From Chloroflexota bacterium (GTDB lineage: Bacteria; Chloroflexota; Anaerolineae; UBA2200; JACIWT01), in contig JACIWT010000005.1 of NCBI GenBank assembly GCA_014360825.1, positions 16,248 through 80,247 on the forward strand: DNA of 64,000 nucleotides, given 5' to 3'. Of the stretch, positions 38,335-48,342 are shown piece after piece. Below the pieces are notes generated by a model. The model saw nothing but the letters and a program-made list of their open reading frames with translations, had not been told where the DNA came from and ran no database searches. The position numbers and the translations under genes are program-made. Every line of letters starts with the position of its first letter. Position 1 is the first letter of the stretch.

Positions 38335-39048
38335 ATGAACCGCGTGATCGAAATCATGAATTTACACTACACCTATCCGGATGGGCATGTTGCTCTCAGA
38401 GGAGTGAATCTCACCGTTAGCGAGGGCGAGCGGGTCGCAGTGACCGGTCCTAATGGGGCGGGGAAGTCCACCCTGTGTTTGCACCTGAACGGCGTACTGC
38501 GCGGGCAGGGCACGGTGCGCATCCTGGGCATGGATGTGAGCGACGGACACCTGGGAGTGATCCGCGCCCGCGTGGGCTTGGTTTTCCAAGATCCCAACGA
38601 CCAACTTTTCTCGCCCACCGTCTTCGATGATGTGGCCTTCGGGCCGCTGCACATGGGCTTGCCAGAGCACGAGGTGCGAGAGCGGGTGCGCTGGGCGCTG
38701 GCCCAAGTGGGGATGTCGGGTTTCGAGGGACGGATGCCCCATCGCCTGAGCCTGGGCGAGCGCAAACGGGTGGCCATCGCCACCGTGCTATCTATGCAAC
38801 CCACCTTGCTGGTGCTCGATGAACCTTCACTGGGGCTTGACCCTCGCGCCCGCCGCGAACTCATTGACCTCCTCGCCGCTTTGCCCCAGACTATGCTCGT
38901 CGCCAGCCACGATATGCTTTTGGTGCGCGACCTGTGTGAGCGCACGGTGATTCTGGACCAGGGCAAGATCGTGGCCGACGGGAGAACAGCCGACATCCTA
39001 CAAGATACTACATTGCTGAAAGAGCACGGCCTGGAATTGCCACTCTGA
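38335..39048 (+). CDS. cbiO: ECF transporter ATPase CbiO
   Basis: Walker A GPNGAGKST, LSLGERKRVAIA, Walker B LLVLDEPSLGLD, and H-loop ASHD. Confidence 0.85.
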   Translation: MNRVIEIMNLHYTYPDGHVALRGVNLTVSEGERVAVTGPNGAGKSTLCLHLNGVLRGQGTVRILGMDVSDGHLGVIRARVGLVFQDPNDQLFSPTVFDDVAFGPLHMGLPEHEVRERVRWALAQVGMSGFEGRMPHRLSLGERKRVAIATVLSMQPTLLVLDEPSLGLDPRARRELIDLLAALPQTMLVASHDMLLVRDLCERTVILDQGKIVADGRTADILQDTTLLKEHGLELPL

Positions 39049-39144
39049 TGATGGAGAAGAGGCTGCCATATAGCCTGCCATTGGATGCAATGGCGGGCTT
39101 TTCCTTTTCCCCGAGATGCGGTATAATATGCACAGAGGTAGGCG

Positions 39145-39825
39145 ATGTCCGAAGATACAATGCACTTGCCGCTTTTTGCGCTCGACACGGTGCTTTTCCC
39201 GGGCATGGTGTTGCCTCTCCATGTGTTCGAAGAGCGCTACAAGCAGATGATGCGCCGCTGTATGGATGCCAAAGAGCCCTTCGGCGTGGTGCTCGTCAAG
39301 GGGAGGAGGGAGATGGGAGGGACTTCCGTCCTTCACCTGGTAGGGACCAGCGCGCGTGTGGCTCGGGTGGAACTCCTCGAAGAAGGGGACATGAGCGTCG
39401 TGGCCATCGGGCTGGAGCGATTCCGCATCCGGCGCATCCACCACGAGATGCCCTACCTGGTAGCAGAAGTGGAACCTTTCCCCGCAGAGAAAGGCAATTC
39501 AGAGGCCTCTCGCACCCTGATGAAGGAGATCAAGCCCTACTTTGTACGCTACATCCGTCTTCTCTCCGAGGCGTTGGGCAATCTCATCCAGATCGAAAAC
39601 GTCCCCACCGATATCACCACTACCGCCTACCTGATCGCCATGGCCTTGCAAGTTTCAGTGGAGGAGAAACAGGATATCCTGAGTATGGCCACCGTCCCAG
39701 AGATGCTGGTCCGCGAGGCTTATCTCCTGGACCGCGAGGAGCAGTTGTTGAAGCAGATCATCGCCAACCAGGACAACAAGTTGCTCTACCAGGGCGGCAT
39801 AACCCTTTTCTTCTCGATGAATTGA
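39145..39825 (+). CDS. Lon N-terminal (LON substrate-binding, PUA-like) domain protein
   Basis: LPLFALDTVLFPGMVLPLHVFEERYKQMM is the canonical Lon-N start. No ATPase or protease domain is present. The overlapping 421-aa ORF at 39048 is spurious. Confidence 0.7.
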   Translation: MSEDTMHLPLFALDTVLFPGMVLPLHVFEERYKQMMRRCMDAKEPFGVVLVKGRREMGGTSVLHLVGTSARVARVELLEEGDMSVVAIGLERFRIRRIHHEMPYLVAEVEPFPAEKGNSEASRTLMKEIKPYFVRYIRLLSEALGNLIQIENVPTDITTTAYLIAMALQVSVEEKQDILSMATVPEMLVREAYLLDREEQLLKQIIANQDNKLLYQGGITLFFSMN

Positions 39826-39848
39826 GCGCTGCTCGGAGATACGCCCAT

Positions 39849-40793
39849 TTACCGGGCGATGGAAGCGGCCATGCGGCGATAGGTGTGACGCCGACCCCGC
39901 ACGGCGATGGAAAAGGCGATGATGTTCTCCGGGTTGGCTACCCCAGCGTAACCCGCGTCGCCAATGTGGTGGATATCAGCACCGGTCATCTTGCTGAGCA
40001 AAGCGATGTGACGCACCGTCGCTACCTCTGCTCCCTCCTGGGAAGTGCCGATGGCGCTCAGGGCCAGTTTCCCCAACTGATGTGCCAGGTCCACCAGGGA
40101 TTTGATGGTTTCCAAAGTGGCCCCTGGAGTCGTGCCCGGGGCGGGCACCAGGACGATGTCCGCTCCCGCAGCGGCGAAACGGCTCACTGCCTCGGGGAAG
40201 GCGATATCCGCTGCCCCCAGACCCGCGCCGTGCATCTTCCCGGCCACCAGGATCACCCGATCCCCTACCGCCGCGGCGATCTCTCCAAGGGCCCGCTCGA
40301 TGGCCTCGACTGAGACGCCGGACCCCGGGTTGCCGGTGAGCACCAAGTAGTCGGCGCCCAGTTCTACGGCCCGCCGAGCGTTGTCCACAGTAGCCACCCG
40401 ACCCCGGTAGGCTTCGGTAACCCTCTCCGGGGGCACGGGCTCCAGGTTGATGCCCACTGGCCTGCCCACCAGAGCCTTGACCTCATTCAGAGTCACACCA
40501 AACCCGATGGGCAATGCTCCTAATAGGGGGAACTCCGGGAGGGCGGGGAGATTTCCCTTGCGGTAGCCCATCACAATGGGGTGCTGCACATCGTAGAGGT
40601 TGAGAGTGATAAGGTCGGCACCACAGGCAGCGGCTAACTCGGCGTTGGTCACGCCGTCTATCAGAGGCAGCGTGGTGCAGACCACCTCCGCGTTGATCGT
40701 CCGTCCCTCGGCCAAGCGAATGCTCTCCAGCAGGTCCGCCTTGCTCATGGCGCGGAAATCACTGGCAGTGGCGTCGAGAATTCGCTTTGTCAT
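39849..40793 (-). CDS. hypothetical TIM-barrel-like protein (possibly BtpA/PEP-hydrolase-like)
   Basis: 314 aa with an alternating beta/alpha pattern and Gly-rich loops (GNPGSGVS, AGKMHGAGLG). The family was not identified with confidence. Confidence 0.35.
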   Translation of the reverse strand: MTKRILDATASDFRAMSKADLLESIRLAEGRTINAEVVCTTLPLIDGVTNAELAAACGADLITLNLYDVQHPIVMGYRKGNLPALPEFPLLGALPIGFGVTLNEVKALVGRPVGINLEPVPPERVTEAYRGRVATVDNARRAVELGADYLVLTGNPGSGVSVEAIERALGEIAAAVGDRVILVAGKMHGAGLGAADIAFPEAVSRFAAAGADIVLVPAPGTTPGATLETIKSLVDLAHQLGKLALSAIGTSQEGAEVATVRHIALLSKMTGADIHHIGDAGYAGVANPENIIAFSIAVRGRRHTYRRMAASIAR

Positions 40794-40920
40794 ATCATGA
40801 CCTTTTACATATCTGGTACGTCTGCGGCAGATTTCACACTCAACGGCGCACCGGGCGTCTACGGCATCACTGTTCGAAGGTTTTTGATGCGCTCCATTCG
40901 TTATGCAGGGTGGTCGTTAT

Positions 40921-41862
40921 TCATTCCTCCCATTTCTGATAAGCCGTCCACATCACGTATCGGCGGCAAATTTCGCTTATAGGACACTCTCCGCAGTTTG
41001 GATGTATGTCGGTGCAGTAGCCGTCCTCAAAAAGATAAAACGCTCCGTTGTCAACGTAGAATGGAGTTAGTCCAGATTCGGCTACGATGCTCTCTACCCA
41101 AGGCCTCATTTTGCTTGCTTGGATGATATATGGTCGCCCCTTGTCGTATAGCACCTCTCCTAACAAACCAGTTCTACAGAATACCTTGCCCACATGCCCG
41201 TCAACTATCATCAGGGTCTCTTCCATTTTTGTCACTTTGCGTTTCCATACTTCATTAAGGAGAAAGACAACCCAATTAACGAACATTCTACATGCCTTTG
41301 GATCGTTTCCCACCCATCCCGCTTCAAGGACAGGATGCATATTGAGGAATCGGAAAAGACCAATCGGGTTTCCTTTCTTTAGGTGTTCCACAATAAGACT
41401 GGTGAGGTCTGAACTGTACTCATTCAGCCATCTGATAAATCCCTCATATGCTTTAAATCGATAAGCAAAAAGTGATATTGGCTTTATTCCTCCCAAAGCA
41501 CCCACTCTATACAGCGCAGCCCCCTTTTCACCAGCAACATCTTTGAAAACTTTGAACAGTTCGGATTCTGAAATCTTGAAGGGTTCAGATAATAGGGTGT
41601 CTGTAAATTCATATGATATTCTGATAGACATCTCTCTTACCTTTTCAAACTTTGCCTGTTGGTTAATCAGCACCCTCAAAAGTAAATACCTTAATACTTT
41701 TTCTTGCTCTTCTTTCTCAGTAGATAGCGGATTTAAGCCACTTGGAATAGCCATATGCTCTTTCCATCTCTCAAACCATTTCGATTTCCCTTGATTCTCA
41801 AATATGCTTAAGAGCTTCCCTGCTTGTTCATCTCGCAACTTTTCCTGTTTTTGTTTTGGCAT
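40921..41862 (-). CDS. hypothetical protein downstream of and overlapping the MTase gene; candidate cognate restriction endonuclease
   Basis: Low-GC, co-directional with the MTase, and overlaps it by 35 nt (or starts at 41754). A C-terminal C-x5-C-x2-C-x5-C Zn-ribbon-like cluster is present, but no known nuclease motif was recognised. Confidence 0.35.
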   Translation of the reverse strand: MPKQKQEKLRDEQAGKLLSIFENQGKSKWFERWKEHMAIPSGLNPLSTEKEEQEKVLRYLLLRVLINQQAKFEKVREMSIRISYEFTDTLLSEPFKISESELFKVFKDVAGEKGAALYRVGALGGIKPISLFAYRFKAYEGFIRWLNEYSSDLTSLIVEHLKKGNPIGLFRFLNMHPVLEAGWVGNDPKACRMFVNWVVFLLNEVWKRKVTKMEETLMIVDGHVGKVFCRTGLLGEVLYDKGRPYIIQASKMRPWVESIVAESGLTPFYVDNGAFYLFEDGYCTDIHPNCGECPISEICRRYVMWTAYQKWEE

Positions 41863-42763
41863 TTTGCACCACCGACCTTTGGTTTTTAATCTTTTTCTGT
41901 AAATGTGTTCTGAGATGTTTCGCATCATCTCTGATTATTATTTCCACTTCGTAATCATTCCCAAATAGTGAACTCTGTTTCAACCCCATTTTTTCCTTCA
42001 CGGTTTCGTATAACTCCAAATCAATTTCATAGCCAATGCTATTTCTTCCTAACATCGCTGCTACTTTGTTTGTTGTTCCAGAACCCATAAATGGATCTAG
42101 AACCGTTTCACCTGTGTATGAGAAAAGTTTAACAAGCCTGTAAGGGATTTCCTCAGGAAATGCTGCAATGCCCTCCTCAATACGATTTTTCAACGGTAGA
42201 ACATTGGTTATATTCCACATTGTCAGATACCACTTGTTTTTCTGGTACTCTTTGATATCAATTCTCGAATTTTCTTTGATTCCCTCGGAGACGCTTTTGT
42301 AATCGAACTTGCCATTCTGGAAAATAAGTATGGTTTCCTGGATATTGTCTGGGTAAAAATACATTGGATAGGGATGCTGTAGAACGACCCCGCTTCTTCT
42401 ACTTATGCGAATGTAGCCCTCTGGCTTCACCCATATAATTTTGTCACGATATGTAAATCCTTCCTCAATGTAGATCTTTGTAAGGTCTGCTACAACTGGA
42501 AACTTTTCGCCATGTATCAGAGTATCGTCGCACACGATACATACAATGCCTCCTTGTGCCATTACTCTTTTCAATTCACTCGCAACTTTTCGCATTTTGC
42601 TCAAATACGCATCGTAACTTTCAAAAAGATCGGGGTAATCAAAAGGAGCGTTGAAGTAGGGGGGACTTGTAACCACAAGGCGGACGCTACCATCTTGTAG
42701 TTCTTTCATATTCTCGCTGTCCCCAAATATCAGTTTATGTGATGTCTTTGCTTTCTCGCTCAT
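41828..42763 (-). CDS. type II DNA methyltransferase, beta-class (N4-cytosine or N6-adenine; DNA methylase N-4/N-6 family)
   Basis: Motif IV SPPY precedes motif I VLDPFMGSGTT. Low-GC. Confidence 0.8.
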   Translation of the reverse strand: MSEKAKTSHKLIFGDSENMKELQDGSVRLVVTSPPYFNAPFDYPDLFESYDAYLSKMRKVASELKRVMAQGGIVCIVCDDTLIHGEKFPVVADLTKIYIEEGFTYRDKIIWVKPEGYIRISRRSGVVLQHPYPMYFYPDNIQETILIFQNGKFDYKSVSEGIKENSRIDIKEYQKNKWYLTMWNITNVLPLKNRIEEGIAAFPEEIPYRLVKLFSYTGETVLDPFMGSGTTNKVAAMLGRNSIGYEIDLELYETVKEKMGLKQSSLFGNDYEVEIIIRDDAKHLRTHLQKKIKNQRSVVQNAKTKTGKVAR

Positions 42764-42881
42764 TACAATTCACCATTATCTTTCTTTAACCACCATTTCA
42801 TAAAACGTCCAGTTCCCGCTTTCCACGCAAACAAAACGAATGTGACAAGCTGAATGGAAGAAAGGGATTTCACGCGTGATT

Positions 42882-42910
42882 ATTATAATCCGAAGGTGCT
42901 TCGTTCACAA
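42882..42910 (-). promoter_or_regulatory. promoter on the minus strand (TTGTGA-17-TATAAT) for the R-M operon, with the palindrome CGAAG-GTG-CTTCG in the spacer
   Basis: Read directly. Confidence 0.4.
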
Positions 42911-42967
42911 GTTGCTAAGACTCATAACTTCTATAGATAACCTCTGATCATAGTTGTCCCCGTTTGA

Positions 42968-44236
42968 CTAGATAAACTGCGGCAGGTAATCTTTGTTCGC
43001 TTCCAGCATCTCCTCCAGCATGGCTTTGGCCACCGGGTACGAGGGCACGAGCGGGTGGGTGAGCAAAGCCTTGAGGGCAGTCTCGCGCGAACCACTCATC
43101 CCCGCTTCCACCGCGTATTCTTCGTAGGCTTTCACCGCTTGCACCAGGGGCCGGATGATCCGTGGGAGGCGTCCGACGCGCAAGGGAGTGACGCCATGGG
43201 CACCGACTACACAAGGCGCCTCGATGGAAACATCGTCCGGCAGGTCGGCGATGCTACCTCCATTGCGGGTATTGACGATCTGCACATCGCGGCGATCGGT
43301 GAGCAGCGAGACAATAAGTCGCACAGCCATTTCGGAGTAGAGTGCACCGCCCCGCATACTGAGTTCCGGTGGCTTGACCGTTAGGCTGGGGTCCGCGTAT
43401 TTTCTCAGCAAATCCTCTTCCACTTCCCGAACCACTTCGCCTCGGGTCCTGCCTGCATCTCTGACCTTCTGCACAGCCAGGTCGTGGTAGTAATAATAGG
43501 CCAGGTAGCCGATGGGCAGCATGCCCAACAATCGTACCAGATCTGGTTCGAAGGGAAAATGCTCGCTGTTCGCCAACTGCACCAGTTCCTCGATATCCAG
43601 GGGGCGACCCTTAACGTAGGCGGTGCGTATCCAGGCCAGATGGTTCAGGCCCACCCAGTCGAGAAACACATCGTCATCTGTCACGTTGAACGATTGGGCG
43701 ACGGCGCGAATGGCATTGATCGGGTTGTTACAAAGCCCGACCACCTTCAGCGTCGTGTGCTTCAGCAAACACTCGGTAATGATGCCGGAGGGGTTGGTGA
43801 AGTTAAGGTACCAGGCCTGCGGGGCGTATCGCGCTATATCCTGCGCGATTTCCAGTGTGACGGGGATGGTGCGCATGGCGTTCATGAAACCACCGGGGCC
43901 CGTGGTCTCCTGGCCGATGACGCCGTATCGCAAGGGGATTCTCTCATCGCGGATGCGTGCTTCCATGCCGCCGACGCGGATCTGGGAGATGACGAAATCT
44001 GCCCCCTCGACGGCGGCAGGGCGGTTGGTGCTCAGGGTGATGCGCGTCTCCAGCCCGGCATGGGCTATCATACGCTTGATGAGCCCGCCGACCAATTCCA
44101 GGCGCTGGGGGTTGATGTCATACAGGCTGATTTCTCCGACGGATAAGACATCTCTGCGTTGGATGAAGCCATCCACGAACTCGGGTGTATAGGTGCTCCC
44201 TCCGCCGATGACAGTGACTTTCGCGATGCGAATCAT
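42968..44236 (-). CDS. glycoside hydrolase family 4 (NAD+/Mn2+-dependent 6-phospho-beta-glucosidase, ChbF/CelF-like)
   Basis: MIRIAKVTVIGGGSTYTPEF (GH4 NAD-binding N-terminus) and NPSG...CNNP. Confidence 0.85.
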   Translation of the reverse strand: MIRIAKVTVIGGGSTYTPEFVDGFIQRRDVLSVGEISLYDINPQRLELVGGLIKRMIAHAGLETRITLSTNRPAAVEGADFVISQIRVGGMEARIRDERIPLRYGVIGQETTGPGGFMNAMRTIPVTLEIAQDIARYAPQAWYLNFTNPSGIITECLLKHTTLKVVGLCNNPINAIRAVAQSFNVTDDDVFLDWVGLNHLAWIRTAYVKGRPLDIEELVQLANSEHFPFEPDLVRLLGMLPIGYLAYYYYHDLAVQKVRDAGRTRGEVVREVEEDLLRKYADPSLTVKPPELSMRGGALYSEMAVRLIVSLLTDRRDVQIVNTRNGGSIADLPDDVSIEAPCVVGAHGVTPLRVGRLPRIIRPLVQAVKAYEEYAVEAGMSGSRETALKALLTHPLVPSYPVAKAMLEEMLEANKDYLPQFI

Positions 44237-44592
44237 TTCCGAGCCTCGTTTTCTAGGGCGTATAAGCGCTGGTATAGGGTGAGAAATTGCCGTGCGTAAT
44301 CGATCTCCGCCCACGCCAATAGGAGGAGATCAAGCGCGTGGACAAGGAGAATAGAAAAAGGAACCTTTTCCCCTCGGGCCTCTTTGTGCAGGATTTCTGC
44401 TTGCATCTTATGGGCCGCCAATTGCTCTTCCTCGGCTTTCTGGAGCGCACCTTCGGCCTCTTCCCAGTGACCTGCGGCAGCGAGTTCGCCTGCCTCTTTG
44501 GCGGCACTGCGGGCATTACCCGCATGGAGGATGATGGTGCACAGGGTTTGTTCCCAATCGGGTGGGCAGATTTCTGGCGCGGTCGCCCTCAA
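44233..44592 (-). CDS. PTS lactose/cellobiose-family IIA component
   Basis: TIILHAGNARSAAKEA...LLVHALDLL is the PTS_IIA helical-bundle signature. The inferred TTG start follows a GGAGG RBS. The long upstream ORF is artefactual. Confidence 0.65.
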   Translation of the reverse strand: MRATAPEICPPDWEQTLCTIILHAGNARSAAKEAGELAAAGHWEEAEGALQKAEEEQLAAHKMQAEILHKEARGEKVPFSILLVHALDLLLLAWAEIDYARQFLTLYQRLYALENEARK

Positions 44593-45260
44593 GGTGCACC
44601 TCCGGCCTCCGTTTGCTTCGAGGCACTGAGCGCACAGCGAAACCCCACGTATGGGTTGCGACGACGGGGTGTGTATTGCAGACGGGAGGTGCAGCGGGCA
44701 TCCTCGCGGGTGTTCAGCCAGGTCCCACCGCGCATGATTTGGTAGACCCGGCTGACGCCACTGGCAGTCCATTCCCAGACGTTGCCCGCCATATCTGCCA
44801 CACCGTAGGGGCTATCGCCCTGGGGAGAATATTTGCCTACAGGAGTGGTATCCAAAATGCCAGACTCTGAGGTATTGGCGCGGTTCGCCTCCCACGTGTC
44901 TCCCCAGGGGTAGGTGCGGCCATCTGTCCCCCGGGCCGCTTTTTCCCATTCTTCCTCGGTGGGCAGCCGCTTGCCAGCCCATTCGGCGTAGGCCGCGGCA
45001 TCCTCCCAGTTGACCTGCACCACCGGGTGGTCGGCTTTATCGGGGGGATAGGTGCCTTTACGCCAGTGGTCTGGCTGACGATAGCCTGTGGCATCCACAA
45101 AAGCCTTGTACTCGGCATTCGTCACCGGGTACTTGTCAATGTAGAAGGCATCCACATAGATGGATTTCTTCTCCTCACCCATCAGGAATTCCCCGGCCGG
45201 GATATAGATCATTTCCTTGCCATCTTTGCCGATAATGACTGCAGGTGGTTCAGTGCTCAT
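44589..45260 (-). CDS. formylglycine-generating-enzyme (FGE/SUMF1)-like domain protein
   Basis: MIYIPAGEFLMGE...HPVVQVNWEDAAAYAEWAGKRLPTEEEWEKAARG...GNVWEWT...RGGSW-like. Confidence 0.75.
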   Translation of the reverse strand: MSTEPPAVIIGKDGKEMIYIPAGEFLMGEEKKSIYVDAFYIDKYPVTNAEYKAFVDATGYRQPDHWRKGTYPPDKADHPVVQVNWEDAAAYAEWAGKRLPTEEEWEKAARGTDGRTYPWGDTWEANRANTSESGILDTTPVGKYSPQGDSPYGVADMAGNVWEWTASGVSRVYQIMRGGTWLNTREDARCTSRLQYTPRRRNPYVGFRCALSASKQTEAGGAP

Positions 45261-45304
45261 CGCAATAGTCCTCTCTTTGATTCAAGTATCGCTCCGGATG
45301 CGGA

Positions 45305-46084
45305 TCACCGCGACGTCATCCGTTTTCTCTTGGTCTGCACTGATGCTGAAGATAACTGTTTGTTTAGATACTGCCAAACAATGAGGATGAGTGCGCCCTC
45401 GAAAATAAGGGCCAGGATGGTGGGCAGCAGCCCTTGACCATCCAGGCCGACCATGATGAGATTGTAAGTCAGTTCGATGCCGGCATGTATCAACATGGCA
45501 TAGCCCAGGAAGATCCACTTCCTTCTCTGGAGAGAGAGACCCACCAATGCTCCCAAGCCGGCGTTGAAAAGCAAAAGGGCCAGTCGGTCCACCAGCGAGG
45601 CCACTGCGGCCAGGCTCAATTCCGCGAGGGGAGTAGCCGCCATCTGGGCCAGCAAGGGGGTAGAGATGTCACCCAAAATCAATCTCATCCCCGCTCCTAT
45701 CATGGCGAAGCCGAGGAAGATCTTGGTGATCAATCCCACGCCCAATCCCACCGCTATACCAGAGGGTACAAGCGCAGCGCCCTCTAAACGCTTGTATCTC
45801 AGAACAAGATATTTCATCCCCTCTACGAATATCCCGGCCCATAATGCGGGGATGACAAATTGCAATGCTCTGCTATACGCTCCGGGAGAGGAGGCCAGTA
45901 TCTGGCGCGCCAGACTGGATACGAAATTCATCGGCAGAAGGGCGACCAATAGTCCCCCCGTTCCCCACCAGACCAGAGTCCTGTCGGTCGCTGGTGAACG
46001 GCGCAGGATGAGGAACATCACATACCCCGGTAGGAGAATGAAGAGAAAGCCCTGTGAACTTAGGAGTAATCCCCTGGCGAACAA
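45305..46084 (-). CDS. hypothetical polytopic membrane protein (YhfC-like?)
   Basis: Seven or eight TM helices. TTG start with an AAAGGAG RBS. Confidence 0.45.
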   Translation of the reverse strand: MFARGLLLSSQGFLFILLPGYVMFLILRRSPATDRTLVWWGTGGLLVALLPMNFVSSLARQILASSPGAYSRALQFVIPALWAGIFVEGMKYLVLRYKRLEGAALVPSGIAVGLGVGLITKIFLGFAMIGAGMRLILGDISTPLLAQMAATPLAELSLAAVASLVDRLALLLFNAGLGALVGLSLQRRKWIFLGYAMLIHAGIELTYNLIMVGLDGQGLLPTILALIFEGALILIVWQYLNKQLSSASVQTKRKRMTSR

Positions 46085-46097
46085 GAATGTCTCCTTT

Positions 46098-47546
46098 CTA
46101 CCACCCGTATTTCTCAGGGCCCCAGTCTTTGCGGATCACTTCCTGTTTGAGGAGGAGCAGGCTTCGTTCCGGCACATCCCCGTTCACCACGACGCCTGGG
46201 CCAATCGCAGAGTAAGCCCCCACCTTGGATCCGGGCATAAAGATCACATTGACCCCTGTGCGACAGAAATCACCAATGAAAGTGGCGTCAGAAGCGAAGC
46301 GAGGGGTCTCCCAGCGTCCCTTGATTCTGTGGGAAGCAGGGCGATCATCGAAACGCAGGGTGCCATACACAGTAGCGGCCCCCACGTCCACCGCCTCGCC
46401 CAACACCCCCCACAATTCACAATAGTGAACGATGGAACTGCGTCCGAAGACTACTCCATGTACTTCGGCGCAGTGCCCGACCTTGCAGCGCGGCCCGATG
46501 CTGGTATGGTCGCCCAGATAGGCGTAGTCTCGAACCGATGTCCGTGGGCCAATGTAAGTATTGGCGCCCACAATAGCGCCGCTGGTGACTTCGGCGTTCC
46601 TCTCCACCCACGCATTGCCCCGGAGAACCACGCCCGGCCCGATGGTTGCACCCTCGCCCACTACCAGATGGCCATTCACGTCCGCCCGTTCAGAGACGTG
46701 GGCCGTGGGATGGATGTGGTCCTGCGTGAGGGCCTTGCCCAAGAACTCCAGCCAGACATAGTTGGCGATGAGAATATCCCAGGGCCTATCTATGTCGAGG
46801 GCGAAAGCAGCCGGCTCCACCGTCCGCACCGTCAGACCATCCTCCACCATCATCTGCAAAGTCTGCGCTAGGTCGGCTTCGTCCTGTGGAGGCATGCCAC
46901 CGGAGGGAATGGAGGGCACGTAACCGGGATGAGCCTGCAGGTAAGGGAGCACTTGTTGGCGGTCGAAGGCGAAAGCGCCCGCCAGCCGGTGTGTGACACT
47001 GTGTCGGGGGTGGGCGATCACCTCTTCTACCTGGCTATCTTTCACTCTCACTGCCAGGTGGATGGTCAGGTCTTCCAATTGGTCCAACGGAACCACGAGA
47101 GCGAGGGATGTCTCTGGTGACTCCCGGTGCGCGGCCAGCAAATTGGGCAGGGTGGCCGGATCGAGAAGCACGTCACCGTACAGGGCGAGGATGTACCTGT
47201 CTTCCAGGCTCTCCAGGGCGCGTTGCAGGGCAGGTGCGGTGCCCCGTGGGGGGTCAAGGACCAGCACATCTATCTTGGCCTCAGCAACAGGCGGGATGTC
47301 CGCCTCCCGTATACCCACTGCGCCGAGGGGCTGTGACCCCACACCCGAAGCCAGATGGCGCAGGCGGGGCGCAAAACGGCTGTTGGCGACGATCAGGATG
47401 CGAGAGACACCCGCTCTCCGCAGGCTCTCAATCTGGTGTCGCAAGAGTTCTTTACCGCCGATAGGTATGGCAGCCTTGGGTCGGGTGCTGTTAAAAGGCC
47501 AGATCTTAGTGCCCTCGCCTTGGGCCAGAATAACCGCCGTCTCCAA
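46098..47546 (-). CDS. sugar-nucleotidyltransferase N-domain + left-handed beta-helix (hexapeptide) acyltransferase domain (GlmU/GCD1-like)
   Basis: N-terminal AVILAQGEGTKIW (a degenerate GxGxR NTase motif) and C-terminal hexapeptide repeats VGEGATIGPGVVLRGNAWVERNAEV. TTG start with an AAGGGGG RBS. Confidence 0.6.
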   Translation of the reverse strand: METAVILAQGEGTKIWPFNSTRPKAAIPIGGKELLRHQIESLRRAGVSRILIVANSRFAPRLRHLASGVGSQPLGAVGIREADIPPVAEAKIDVLVLDPPRGTAPALQRALESLEDRYILALYGDVLLDPATLPNLLAAHRESPETSLALVVPLDQLEDLTIHLAVRVKDSQVEEVIAHPRHSVTHRLAGAFAFDRQQVLPYLQAHPGYVPSIPSGGMPPQDEADLAQTLQMMVEDGLTVRTVEPAAFALDIDRPWDILIANYVWLEFLGKALTQDHIHPTAHVSERADVNGHLVVGEGATIGPGVVLRGNAWVERNAEVTSGAIVGANTYIGPRTSVRDYAYLGDHTSIGPRCKVGHCAEVHGVVFGRSSIVHYCELWGVLGEAVDVGAATVYGTLRFDDRPASHRIKGRWETPRFASDATFIGDFCRTGVNVIFMPGSKVGAYSAIGPGVVVNGDVPERSLLLLKQEVIRKDWGPEKYGW

Positions 47547-47616
47547 GGTATAAATCCCCCTTTCCGGCTCAGGGAGCGTGGGTTAGGGCAGCCCTTAGGG
47601 CTTTTGGGCTCAAACC

Positions 47617-47964
47617 CTAAACCCCGGCCCCTTTGGGCTTCACTGCGCGCCTGATCTGCTCGAAGAGTGCCTGCCCATCCACCATCCCATAGGTGACTGG
47701 TTCAATGTCTTCCACAGGGATGCCGTGGGGGGCAGCGGCCTGGGTGATGGAGCGCTTCTTGAACCGCACCTGGGGGGCGATGAGCACCATATCCACGGGG
47801 TTGGCTGCGAAATCATAGATGGCCACCTCTGCAGCAGACAAGAGCACCATCTCTAGTTCGATTCCTGCGGCTTTGGCAGCGTCGGTGGCTCTTGCTGCCA
47901 ACAGGCTGGAGGACATCCCCAAGGCGCAGAACATTAGAACCTTGATTTTCTCCTGATCTTCCAT
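47617..47964 (-). CDS. PTS lactose/cellobiose-family IIB component (copy 1)
   Basis: KVLMFCALGMSSSLL has the phospho-Cys. Confidence 0.85.
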   Translation of the reverse strand: MEDQEKIKVLMFCALGMSSSLLAARATDAAKAAGIELEMVLLSAAEVAIYDFAANPVDMVLIAPQVRFKKRSITQAAAPHGIPVEDIEPVTYGMVDGQALFEQIRRAVKPKGAGV

Positions 47965-47986
47965 ATGATTCTCTCACCCGTCTACA

Positions 47987-48310
47987 CTATTTTTTCACTG
48001 CTTGTCTGATTTGCTCGAACAGTTTTTCCCCATCCACCATGCCGTAGGTAACCGGCTCGATGCCCTGGACAATGATGCCCAGCGGTTCCGCCATCTGGGT
48101 GATGGCACGCTTCTTGTAGATGACCTGCGGGGCCACCAGCACCATGTCCACGGGATTGGCTTTGAAGTTGTAGGTGGTCACCTGTGGCACTGGGATGGCG
48201 TGGATCTCCAATTCGTGTCCACACCGGCGAGCAGCCTCAATGGTCTTGGCTTCCAGCAGGCTGGAAGACATCCCCGCTGCGCAAACCAGCAATACTTTGT
48301 AAGTGGCCAC
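47987..48310 (-). CDS. PTS lactose/cellobiose-family IIB component (copy 2)
   Basis: KVLLVCAAGMSSSLL. A GTG start follows a GAGGAGG RBS. The ORF extends to 48352. Confidence 0.8.
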   Translation of the reverse strand: MATYKVLLVCAAGMSSSLLEAKTIEAARRCGHELEIHAIPVPQVTTYNFKANPVDMVLVAPQVIYKKRAITQMAEPLGIIVQGIEPVTYGMVDGEKLFEQIRQAVKK

Positions 48311-48342
48311 CTTTTCCTCCTCAAGGCACTTGAGCGAGATAT

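Noticed and set aside
39048-40313. 421-aa plus-strand ORF overlapping the Lon-N gene and the opposite-strand TIM-barrel gene
   Set aside because: Its composition is Arg/Gly/Pro-rich, which is typical of an out-of-frame high-GC artefact. It has no domain similarity. The overlapped genes have clear homology and RBSs.
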